From an uncultured Thalassospiraceae bacterium (lineage in GTDB: Bacteria; Pseudomonadota; Alphaproteobacteria; Rhodospirillales; JAPHRK01): a stretch of DNA of 64,000 nt. The position numbers were made by a program, and so were the translations under genes. This document shows positions 1 through 10,741 of this stretch, one piece after another. The notes beneath the pieces are model-generated. The model saw only the letters and a list, made by a program, of their open reading frames with translations. It had not been told where the DNA came from and did not search any database. Location of the stretch: contig CBDULT010000006.1 of the NCBI GenBank assembly GCA_965368165.1, positions 23,385-87,384 on the forward strand. The letters run 5' to 3'. Position 1 is the stretch's first letter; every line of letters starts with the position of its first letter.

Positions 1-112
1 TATCACGGACCAAGCCGACAAAAGAGCACAAGCCACCGATGGCATGATTGCCTTCAGCCATTCTGGCCATTTCTTCGCCAGGGTCAAAATCTTCTGCCTG
101 AACTCTAATCAT
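1..112 (-). CDS. moaE: Molybdopterin synthase catalytic subunit, 5' part only (runs off the window)
   Basis: Manual translation of the minus strand from ATG at 112: MIRVQAEDFDPGEEMARMAEGNHAIGGLCSFVGLVRD, a typical MoaE N-terminus; directly downstream of moaD. Confidence 0.9.
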   Translation of the reverse strand, partial: MIRVQAEDFDPGEEMARMAEGNHAIGGLCSFVGLVRD

Positions 113-115
113 GTT

Positions 116-367
116 TTACCCCCCTGTAACTGGCGGGAACATGGCAATTTCATCTCCGGTTTTTACCGGGTGAGAGAAGTCTACATATTCTTGATTTACG
201 GCCACCCGAACGATCGAAAGATCAGCAAAAGCCTCGGCATATCCATCCCCCCGTTTAATAAGCCAATCAATTAACTCTTGCACGGTACCCACGGATTTTG
301 GCGGAGAAACCTGTTCTTCTGCAATGCCAGTTTTGCTGCGGAGCCAGGCAAAATAAAGGATGTTCAT
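116..367 (-). CDS. moaD: Molybdopterin synthase sulfur carrier subunit
   Basis: 83 aa, MNILYFAWLR N-terminus and C-terminal PPVTGG di-glycine. Confidence 0.97.
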   Translation of the reverse strand: MNILYFAWLRSKTGIAEEQVSPPKSVGTVQELIDWLIKRGDGYAEAFADLSIVRVAVNQEYVDFSHPVKTGDEIAMFPPVTGG

Positions 368-1617
368 CGGGCCACCTCGCTAAAGGGGAGAAAGTCCACC
401 AAAGAGCCTTCTTTTACTTCGGTACATTCTTCTTTTAACTCAATCAGACCATCTGATTGAACCATTGAATTAAGAATGCCAGAGCCATCGGCCTTAAATT
501 TTTCGACCCTCAGTTCCCCATCACCTTTAAGCAACTTGGCCCGCAGCCACTCCCGCCGTCCAGGTTTTTTAGCAAAATCAAAAGCGGCTTTGACTTTGTA
601 GAGAACCGGATTGATATCATCACGACCTGAAAGCAACATGACCACAGGGCGTCCGATGCGCATAAAGGTGACAAGGGCGGCTACCGGATTGCCGGGAAGG
701 CCAATAAAAGGTGTGTCCCTGACTTGACCCAAAGCAATTGGGCGTCCGGGTTTGATGGCCAACTTCCAGAAATGTAGTGCCCCGAGAGCTTCGACGGCGG
801 CCTTCACGTGGTCTTCCTCTCCCAGGCTCACCCCGCCGGAAGTAATCATTAAATCGTGGTTTTTGGAGGCTTTATCCAAGGCATCTTGAATTTGGTCGAG
901 CTGATCGGGAAGTATACCAAGGTCGGTGATTTCACAGCCCATGCCTTCGAGCTGGCTCATGATAATAAAGCGGTTAGAATCATAAATACCGCCGGGGACG
1001 AGCTCTTGCCCCGGGTTTTTAACTTCGTCACCAGTGGAGAAAACCGCCACCCTGAGTTTTTTTAAAGTCGGGAGCGTTTGGCAGCCAACAGAAGCGGCGA
1101 GGCCAATTTCCTGTGGACGCAGTTTCATCCCTTTTTGTAAAATGACATCCCCTGTAATGATATCTTCCCCCGCGCGACGCAGGTTGGCCCCGAGCTTTAT
1201 ACCGGGTTTAATGACAACGGTTTCGCCCTCAAGATTGGTATCTTCCTGCATAACAATGGTGTCGGAACCCTCAGGCACAGGGGCACCCGTGAAAATCCTC
1301 AAAGCTTCGCCTTTTTCAGCCGCCCGGTCCAAGGGATGCCCCGCAGCGATGCGAGCCGTTACGGGGAGTTTGGTGGGGCTGTCACTGATTAAATCCTGAT
1401 GCTGAACAGCGTAGCCATCAACAGCGGAGTTGTTATGGGGGGGGACGCTCATGGGCGCGATGACATCTTGGGCCAGGACCCGCCCTAAACATTGGCGCAA
1501 AGGGGTATCTTCCTGGCTAACGACAGGGGAAACGGTGGTTTTTAGTTTTTCGATAGCGACTTCCAGCGGCATCATTTTTTCTTCGCCGGAGAAGCAGCAA
1601 TCCGTGGCTTGCGACAT
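364..1617 (-). CDS. moeA: Molybdopterin molybdotransferase
   Basis: SAVDGYA, RIFTGAPVP, STGDE, SGGVSLG, IKPGRP and GLPGNP motifs; operon context. Confidence 0.97.
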   Translation of the reverse strand: MSQATDCCFSGEEKMMPLEVAIEKLKTTVSPVVSQEDTPLRQCLGRVLAQDVIAPMSVPPHNNSAVDGYAVQHQDLISDSPTKLPVTARIAAGHPLDRAAEKGEALRIFTGAPVPEGSDTIVMQEDTNLEGETVVIKPGIKLGANLRRAGEDIITGDVILQKGMKLRPQEIGLAASVGCQTLPTLKKLRVAVFSTGDEVKNPGQELVPGGIYDSNRFIIMSQLEGMGCEITDLGILPDQLDQIQDALDKASKNHDLMITSGGVSLGEEDHVKAAVEALGALHFWKLAIKPGRPIALGQVRDTPFIGLPGNPVAALVTFMRIGRPVVMLLSGRDDINPVLYKVKAAFDFAKKPGRREWLRAKLLKGDGELRVEKFKADGSGILNSMVQSDGLIELKEECTEVKEGSLVDFLPFSEVAR

Positions 1618-1622
1618 TAAAC

Positions 1623-2126
1623 TTACCCTTTTGTAAGACCGCTTTGGTCTAAAATAAAATCTGCAACAGCGGCAACATTGTTGAGGTCCAAGACCGGACG
1701 GTTGGCATTTGGAACCTCTTCATCACTGGCGATGGCGACAACGGAATCGTCTTCAAGACTTCGCAATTCTTTCCCGAGGGAAGGGCGAAAAATTTCCATC
1801 TTTATATGCTTGTGGGATTTAAAGCCTTCAATCAGCAAAAGGTCTACCGGAGATATCTTGGTGATTAATTCTTCCATCATTGTTTGAGGTTCATCGCGAA
1901 CCTCATGCATTAAAGCCCACCGTTTATCTGATACGACCATCACTTCACTGGCACCTGCTTGGCGATGCTCATACGAATCTTTTCCGGGTTTATCGATATC
2001 AAATTTATGGTGAGTGTGTTTCATTGTTGAAACGGATATTCCCCGTCCGGTTATCTCCGGAATAAGACTTTTAATCAGTGTGGTTTTTCCGCTACCACTC
2101 CACCCGACGAGACCAAAAACTTTCAC
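1623..2126 (-). CDS. mobB: Molybdopterin-guanine dinucleotide biosynthesis protein B
   Basis: GWSGSGKTT P-loop, KHTHHKFDIDKPGKDS, LIEGFK. Confidence 0.96.
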   Translation of the reverse strand: MKVFGLVGWSGSGKTTLIKSLIPEITGRGISVSTMKHTHHKFDIDKPGKDSYEHRQAGASEVMVVSDKRWALMHEVRDEPQTMMEELITKISPVDLLLIEGFKSHKHIKMEIFRPSLGKELRSLEDDSVVAIASDEEVPNANRPVLDLNNVAAVADFILDQSGLTKG

Positions 2127-2720
2127 TCACTGCTCCCTATTTAATTCAATTTTTGCGTCTTCTTCTTGAATATGTTTCAAGCCCGCCCTTAAGTAATCAT
2201 ATCCCGTGACCAGGGTCAAAACCGCCGCACCCCATATGCCATATATACCGATTTCCGTTGAGGTGAAGGGGCCAAAAGTTGGCCCAACTTCGCCGATGAC
2301 CAAAAAGCCTAAGGCAAACATTTGCAGGGCTGTTTTCCATTTTGCCAAGTTTGTCACCGGGACACTCACCCGAATTTCGGCTAAAAACTCGCGCAGCCCA
2401 GAGACGGTAATCTCTCGACTGAGAATAACAACGCTGGGTAAGATATGAATACCATTGAGGGGACCGAAACCTGCCAGCAATATCAAGATTGCGCAGACCA
2501 ACAACTTATCGGCGATGGGGTCTAAAAACCGTCCAAGACTCGATTGTTGACTCCAGGCACGAGCGAGGTAGCCGTCAAAAAAATCAGTAATACTGGCAAA
2601 GGTATATACGCCAAAAGCCACCCAATTCCCGAAGGTAGACTCCAGGAAAATAAAATAGACCAGAACCGGAATCGCAATGATCCGAGAAAAGGTTAGAATG
2701 TTGGGCAGCGTGTAGTACAT
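2127..2720 (-). CDS. pgsA: CDP-diacylglycerol--glycerol-3-phosphate 3-phosphatidyltransferase
   Basis: PNILTFSR, DFFDGYLAR...G..LDPIADK CDP-alcohol motif; classic uvrC-pgsA order. Confidence 0.96.
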   Translation of the reverse strand: MYYTLPNILTFSRIIAIPVLVYFIFLESTFGNWVAFGVYTFASITDFFDGYLARAWSQQSSLGRFLDPIADKLLVCAILILLAGFGPLNGIHILPSVVILSREITVSGLREFLAEIRVSVPVTNLAKWKTALQMFALGFLVIGEVGPTFGPFTSTEIGIYGIWGAAVLTLVTGYDYLRAGLKHIQEEDAKIELNREQ

Positions 2721-2767
2721 TCTAAGGTATACCGTTGGCAGTTAAAAACGTCTGCGCATTCTAGAGG

Positions 2768-4684
2768 TTAGTTTCCAGAATGGAAATGGTCATAGAGTTT
2801 TTTTGCCATGGCTTTGCTGATTCCATCCACAGCTTCTAAATCAGCCAGCCCTGCTTTGGCGACTCCATCGGCAGAACCGAAGTGGTGGAGCAAAGCGCGC
2901 TTGCGTTTTGCCCCAACCCCGGGGGCTTGATCGAGTATGGATTTGCTCACCCCTTTCGAGCGTTTTGCTCGGTGGGTACCAATGGCAAACCGATGAGCTT
3001 CATCCCGTAAACGTTGGAGGAAATAAAGCACCGGGTCTTTAAACTCTAATTGGATAACCTCTTTGCCTGGCATGAAGAGTTTTTCTTTGCCCGCGTTTCG
3101 GTCTGGGCCTTTAGCAATTGCGGCAACAGGGAGGTCATCAATTCCTAACTCTGCAAAAACCTCAACAGCTATAGACAGTTGCCCTTTGCCGCCATCAAAA
3201 ATAACCAAGTCGGGCCACTGGCCATCGGTGCGTGCCGGGTCTTCTTTAAGGGCACGAGAGAATCGACGGGTGAGAACTTCGCGTGCCATGCTATAGTCAT
3301 CACCGCCCTTAAACTTGCCTTCAGTATCGCCGCGAATATTAAATTTACGGTACGCATTTTTGACAAAGCCCTCCGGCCCGGCGACGATCATGGCCCCCAC
3401 TGAATTGGTGCCGGAGATATGGCTGTTGTCATAGACTTCAATTCGTTGGGGTGGACCTTCTAAACCCAAAACCTCGGCCAATCCTTCAAGCAATTTTCGT
3501 TGGGAGGCACTTTCTGACATGCGACGTACAAGAGCTTCGCGGGCGTTGGCTTGTGCGTGTTCAACAGCTTTGCGTTTGTCGCCTCGTTGAGGGATTGTTA
3601 CATGCACCTTGTGTCCCGCACGGACTGCCAGGGCTTCTGCTAAAACATCCCGCCCCACGATGGAATGACTTAAGAAGATTTGCCTGGGCGGAGGCTTGTT
3701 GGCGTAAAACTGACCTATAAAAGCTTCCAAAACATCGCTGATTTTGGCTTCTTTGCTGTGACTGGGGTAATAGGCTCGATTACCGTGATTGAAATCAGCA
3801 CGGAAAAAGAATACCTGAATGCAGGTTTGCCCACCCTCTTGGTAAGCGGCGATGACATCAGCGTCACCCAAACCCAAAAGATTGATTCCTTGCTTGGCCT
3901 GAATGCGTGACATGGCCCGAATGCGATCCCGATAGAGGGCGGCGGATTCAAATTCCATGGCATCGCTGGCCTTCTGCATCAGGTCCGATAGGTCGTTTTG
4001 AATTTCTTTACTGCGTCCGGTAAGAAAAGCACGGGCCTGATCGACAAGGGCAAGGTAATCGTTGCGACTGATTTTTTCTTCAACGCAGGGGGCTGAGCAG
4101 CGTTTGATTTGATAAAGCAAGCAAGGGCGGGTCCGCGACTCGAAAACCCCATCCGAACAAGTGCGTAGAAAAAAGGCCTGTTGCAGGATATCTAAGGTGT
4201 GATTGACCGACCAGGCAGAGGCAAAAGGGCCGAAAAATTCTCCTTCTTTAGCCCGCGCCCCTCGATGCTTGACCACCCGCGGAAAAGGGTGAGCACTGGT
4301 GAGGTGGATCATGGGAAAGGATTTATCGTCACGCAATAAAATGTTATATCGGGGGGTTAACTTCTTGATCAGATTAGATTCGAGGAGAAGAGCCTCGGCT
4401 TCCGTATGGGTTGTAATGAATTCCATGGAGGTTGTACGGGCAATCATCCGAAGGATTCGCATGACTTGGCGTTGGGGGCGGGTATAGCTGCTCACCCGCT
4501 TTTTTAAATCCTTGGCCTTCCCCACATAAAGAGCATCTCCTTTATGGTCCATCATACGATAGACACCAGGGCTACTGGGAAGGGTTTTTAAGTAGGATTT
4601 AATAACCTCGATTCCGGCGTTAAGGGACTCCTTCCCACTCGCCTCTGTAGAGATATTTCCTTTAGTTTCGGTGTCTTGCGCCAT
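2768..4684 (-). CDS. uvrC: Excinuclease ABC subunit C
   Basis: GIY-YIG N-terminus (PGVYRM...YVGKAKDL), IEVYDNSH, DGGKGQL, RDEAHRFA, C-terminal HhH. Confidence 0.98.
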   Translation of the reverse strand: MAQDTETKGNISTEASGKESLNAGIEVIKSYLKTLPSSPGVYRMMDHKGDALYVGKAKDLKKRVSSYTRPQRQVMRILRMIARTTSMEFITTHTEAEALLLESNLIKKLTPRYNILLRDDKSFPMIHLTSAHPFPRVVKHRGARAKEGEFFGPFASAWSVNHTLDILQQAFFLRTCSDGVFESRTRPCLLYQIKRCSAPCVEEKISRNDYLALVDQARAFLTGRSKEIQNDLSDLMQKASDAMEFESAALYRDRIRAMSRIQAKQGINLLGLGDADVIAAYQEGGQTCIQVFFFRADFNHGNRAYYPSHSKEAKISDVLEAFIGQFYANKPPPRQIFLSHSIVGRDVLAEALAVRAGHKVHVTIPQRGDKRKAVEHAQANAREALVRRMSESASQRKLLEGLAEVLGLEGPPQRIEVYDNSHISGTNSVGAMIVAGPEGFVKNAYRKFNIRGDTEGKFKGGDDYSMAREVLTRRFSRALKEDPARTDGQWPDLVIFDGGKGQLSIAVEVFAELGIDDLPVAAIAKGPDRNAGKEKLFMPGKEVIQLEFKDPVLYFLQRLRDEAHRFAIGTHRAKRSKGVSKSILDQAPGVGAKRKRALLHHFGSADGVAKAGLADLEAVDGISKAMAKKLYDHFHSGN

Positions 4685-4786
4685 CGCCTGAAAGCCGTCT
4701 TTTCAAATACCCAGTGTTAAAAGTCTTTCTTCTCTATTTTACGCCTTTTTTAGGGAGATAACAGGGTTCAAACTGACGTTAGATAA

Positions 4787-5007
4787 CTATCCACGGATCA
4801 TGTGGATAAGTCTGTAGATAATCCTCTTAAGGGGAGACATATCGGCAGAACTCTGCGGATTTCCTCTGTTTGATTAAAAAATAGGCACATTTGTAACATA
4901 TTGAAAAATATAGAAAAATTTAAGTAAAGATTGAAAAAAAAACGGCTTCAACTTTTCTTTTGCTTTATGCCTAAGGGGGTGTGGGCCTTAGAACCCTATG
5001 TGCACAA
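4787..5007. promoter_or_regulatory. DnaA-box cluster with AT-rich tract (candidate oriC or DnaA-regulated uvrC promoter)
   Basis: CTATCCACG 4787-4795, perfect TGTGGATAA 4801-4809, TGTAGATAA 4813-4821, TGTGCACAA 4999-5007; A/T-rich stretch about 4870-4965. Confidence 0.6.
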
Positions 5008-5127
5008 CTTGGTTAGGTAAACCAGTGAAGTGCCTTATTTCAAGGGGTTAAGAGGCTTTCTTGAGTCAAACAAGCGACACTTCCGTTTAAGTCGTATTTT
5101 AGGAATATTTTTGCTAAATATTGAATT

Positions 5128-5526
5128 TTATGGCTTGCGACAGCCAAGCAATTTATGCAACGCGTCGGCTTTGATCATGGTGCCTTTGAAATTACATCGC
5201 CAAGCTTCCGTTCCCTTTAAATTTGCGCCAAGTAAAAAGGCCCCCCGCAAGTCGGTATCGTTAAGCTCAGCCGTGCCCAAATCGGCATTCGACAGGTTCG
5301 CATAAGAAAGAGATGCTTCGCTAAAATTAGCGCGGGTGAGCTTCGTACCTGAGAGGTCTGAATCCGACAAATCAGCCCCTCTGAAATCCACGTCTGTAAG
5401 ATCTAAACCCGACAAGTCAACACCTCTAAGATCAGCCCCCGACAAGACAGCTCGACGACCTTTTGGGTCCATATTCAGCCACAGGTAGTGAGAATCGATG
5501 ATTTCACCAAGCTCGTCAGGGGTCAT
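5128..5526 (-). CDS. Pentapeptide repeat protein
   Basis: About 18 tandem A(D/N)LxG-type pentapeptides after an N-terminal helix (ELGEIIDSHYLWL); starts 12 bp after the gyrB stop. Confidence 0.92.
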   Translation of the reverse strand: MTPDELGEIIDSHYLWLNMDPKGRRAVLSGADLRGVDLSGLDLTDVDFRGADLSDSDLSGTKLTRANFSEASLSYANLSNADLGTAELNDTDLRGAFLLGANLKGTEAWRCNFKGTMIKADALHKLLGCRKP

Positions 5527-5538
5527 TTTCTTTATGTC

Positions 5539-7992
<2,454 letters not shown>

Positions 7993-8005
7993 TTATCTAA
8001 TGGCC

Positions 8006-9196
8006 TCAATGAGGCCGGACGGCGCCGTTGTCGACGCTGAAAAATTGTGCCTTGCCCCCCAAGGAGGAAAAGACAGTATGGTCAGTACCAGTTACCCAGG
8101 CTTGGGCACCCAGATTAAAAATTTCACCGAACAAAGCTTCGCGGCGTTGTCCATCTAAATGCGCTGCAATCTCGTCTAGTAACAAAATTGGTGGTGCGCC
8201 GCGTTCTGCGGCCCTTAGTCTTGCATCCGCCAAAACGATGGCAATCAACAAAGCCTTTTGTTCGCCGGTAGAACATTGTTCGGCATCTACATTCTTGCTC
8301 AAATGCACGACCTTAAGATCGCTCTTTTGCGGTCCTTCAGAAGTTGATCCCGTTTCGCCATCTTGGCGGCGGGTCATGGCAAGAGACGTTCTTAGTTGTT
8401 CTTCAACGGCCAGAGCGGGCATGTTGTCGAGCATTTCTTCCATACGTCCGACAATCTCAATACTGGCCTTCGGAAACAGTCCCTCTGCATCCTGGCAAGC
8501 TGCATCTAAGCGCTTTGCCATTTGACGCCTTGCCGCAGCAATAGAGATGGCCTTTTCAGCCATGGTCGTTTCTAAAGCCCGCAGCCAATCGCCGTCCGAT
8601 TGTCCCTCTTTAAGCAACTTCAAGCGAGATCGCGCTGCCTTATCCCAAGCACTGAGCCGCCCCGAATGGGCCGGATCAAAACCATAGATCAGACGATCTA
8701 AAAAACGCCGTCGAGCCGATGCTCCATCAATAAACAAACGATCCATTTGCGGCGTGAGCCAAACCATGGAGAGATGCTCCGACAAAACCGTTTGGCTTTT
8801 AACAATCTCACCATTCACTTTAACTACTCGCCTCTCCCATCCATTACCCGAATTGCCAGGGTCGCGCCCGGTACCGAGTTCTGTCGTACCTTCTGGCGTT
8901 TGGGCAATGGCTGCAACGCCCCAAGGACGTCGTGTATCTTCCGGTTCACCAGGGCTTCGTCGGCTCATGTCCTGAACCTTGGCCCGCCTTAAGCCCCTTC
9001 CAGGCACCAAAAACGACAAGGCCTCCAACAAGTTGGTCTTCCCGGCCCCATTGGGACCCGTAAAAATCACCGAGCGTGTATCCATTTCTAATCGTTGGAA
9101 AGGATAACTACGAAAGTCACTCAAGGTAATTTGGGTCACAGCCATGGTATTTTCCACAACGGCTCCGTCGTTTGCAAAACCAAGGGGAGGCCCCAT
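8006..9196 (-). CDS. recF: DNA replication/repair protein RecF (true start may be ATG at 9145)
   Basis: FRSY, GPNGAGKTN, RRRFLD, CSTGEQK, LLLDEIAAHLD. Confidence 0.96.
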   Translation of the reverse strand: MGPPLGFANDGAVVENTMAVTQITLSDFRSYPFQRLEMDTRSVIFTGPNGAGKTNLLEALSFLVPGRGLRRAKVQDMSRRSPGEPEDTRRPWGVAAIAQTPEGTTELGTGRDPGNSGNGWERRVVKVNGEIVKSQTVLSEHLSMVWLTPQMDRLFIDGASARRRFLDRLIYGFDPAHSGRLSAWDKAARSRLKLLKEGQSDGDWLRALETTMAEKAISIAAARRQMAKRLDAACQDAEGLFPKASIEIVGRMEEMLDNMPALAVEEQLRTSLAMTRRQDGETGSTSEGPQKSDLKVVHLSKNVDAEQCSTGEQKALLIAIVLADARLRAAERGAPPILLLDEIAAHLDGQRREALFGEIFNLGAQAWVTGTDHTVFSSLGGKAQFFSVDNGAVRPH

Positions 9197-9229
9197 CTGT
9201 TTGGCGTGGATAGTCAGGCTCCTTAATCC

Positions 9230-10348
9230 TTAAACCCGCATGGGCATGAGCACATAAAGCGCACTGGCATCTGCGGAATCCCGAACCAAAGTCGGTGACG
9301 CTCCATCAGCCAATTGGAATTGAACCGTGTCGCCTTCAACCTGGTGAACAATCTCCAGCAGATAACGGGAATTAAACCCAATTTCGATGGCATCGGCACT
9401 GTAGGAGACTTCAACTTCTTCCGTTGCCGTCCCACTTTCAGGGCTGCTGGCAGAAAGCACCAGCAAGCCTTGACTCAATGCCAGTTTCACCGCCCGAGAT
9501 TTTTCTGTTGAAATGGCTGAGACGCGATCCACCACCTGGGCCAAAACCTTGCTTTCAACTTCAAGAATTTTATCATTACCTTGGGGAATAACCCGTTGGT
9601 AATCAGGGAAGGTGCCGTCAATCAGCTTGGAGGTGAGAACCGCCTCATCGAAAGAAAACCTAATTTTAGTTTCTGAGAGGCTGATCTCGACCGCATCTCC
9701 TGTTTCATCAATCAGCTTGCGAAGCTCGCCAACGGTCTTGCGAGGAATGATAATTCCAGGGATATCGGCGGAGCCTTCCGGTAAAGGCAAATCCACACTG
9801 GCGAGGCGGTGGCCGTCGGTGGCGACGCCGCGCAGGACAGGGGTGCCGCCCACATCTCCGGCATGGAGATAAATACCGTTGAGGTAATAACGGGTTTCCT
9901 CCGTGGAGATGGCGAAACGGGTGCAATCGATCAGATTGCGCAATTCTCCGGCAGGAACCATAAAGTTATGAGGAAGATCACCCCCAGACATGGCAGGGAA
10001 ATCTTCCGTAGGCAAACAAGCAAGGGTAAATTTCGACCGCCCGGCCCGTAGAACCAACTGCTCATCACCACCTGTATGATCGAGCTCAACCTGAGACCCA
10101 TCAGGGAGTTTACGCACGATGTCATACAAGGTGTGGGCCGCTGTTGTCAGCACGCCAGGCGCAGATACTTCTGCGGCGACTGTTTCAACAATATCCAAGT
10201 CCATGTCGGTAGCGTTAAGGCTGATAACGTCGTTTTCAGCCTCAATTTTTACGTTAGACAGGATAGGAATGGTGTTTCTTCTCTCCACAACACTTTGTAC
10301 GTGTCCTAAAGATTTCAGCAGTGCCGCCCGTTCGATAGTAATTTTCAT
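9230..10348 (-). CDS. dnaN: DNA polymerase III beta clamp
   Basis: RRNTIPILSN, ETRYYLNG, ATDGHRL, C-terminal LMPMRV. Confidence 0.99.
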   Translation of the reverse strand: MKITIERAALLKSLGHVQSVVERRNTIPILSNVKIEAENDVISLNATDMDLDIVETVAAEVSAPGVLTTAAHTLYDIVRKLPDGSQVELDHTGGDEQLVLRAGRSKFTLACLPTEDFPAMSGGDLPHNFMVPAGELRNLIDCTRFAISTEETRYYLNGIYLHAGDVGGTPVLRGVATDGHRLASVDLPLPEGSADIPGIIIPRKTVGELRKLIDETGDAVEISLSETKIRFSFDEAVLTSKLIDGTFPDYQRVIPQGNDKILEVESKVLAQVVDRVSAISTEKSRAVKLALSQGLLVLSASSPESGTATEEVEVSYSADAIEIGFNSRYLLEIVHQVEGDTVQFQLADGASPTLVRDSADASALYVLMPMRV

Positions 10349-10547
10349 GATCTTATCTACGATCCGTCGTTATTGTTCCCAAGTCGATTTACCAAGGAAA
10401 ACCTTGGTATTTTCGCCTCCTAGACCGTTCAAGAACCCCGCTCTTGCCGTCGATATAGGAAAGGCCGCTAAGCGGCCCTTGCGAAAGGAGATTCAGTATA
10501 ACAGAACCCCCCCAAAACCGAAGCCTTTTTGTGCTTATTTAGGGTGT

Positions 10548-10556
10548 TTATCCACA
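10548..10556 (+). promoter_or_regulatory. DnaA box in the dnaA-dnaN spacer
   Basis: Perfect TTATCCACA; an extended -10-like TGTTATACT facing dnaN lies at about 10495-10503 (minus). Confidence 0.75.
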
Positions 10557-10560
10557 ATAT

Positions 10561-10624
10561 TTAGTACGTTCAGACGCCAAGCAGGCTTACGCGTAGCGAT
10601 GCGCGGGCCATAGTCATGGCTTTG
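10561..10624 (+). repeat. Intergenic hairpin repeat, copy A (subtype 1)
   Basis: TTAGTACGTTCAGACG...CTTA-CGCGTA gcga TGCGCG-GGCCAT agtc ATGGCT-TTG; aligns with 54166-54220(-) and 48949-48987(+). Confidence 0.85.
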
Positions 10625-10654
10625 GGAGGTTTAGAGGTGACAGGAACACTTTAA

Positions 10655-10730
10655 ATGGGCCATTGAGGCCCCGCGCAATATTTGCGCGCAATCCCACGGG
10701 GCCCAAGGGCCCCGTCCGGCGACTAAGGGC
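10655..10730 (-). repeat. Intergenic hairpin repeat, copy E (subtype 2)
   Basis: GCCCTnAnTCGCCGGACGG-hairpin-TGGG-hairpin-GGCCTCAATGGCCCAT; near-identical flanks to 30448-30524(+). Confidence 0.9.
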
Positions 10731-10741
10731 AAAACTAAACC

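Noticed and set aside
5030-5305. 91-aa + strand ORF beside the DnaA-box cluster
   Set aside because: Largely antisense to the pentapeptide gene with no motif
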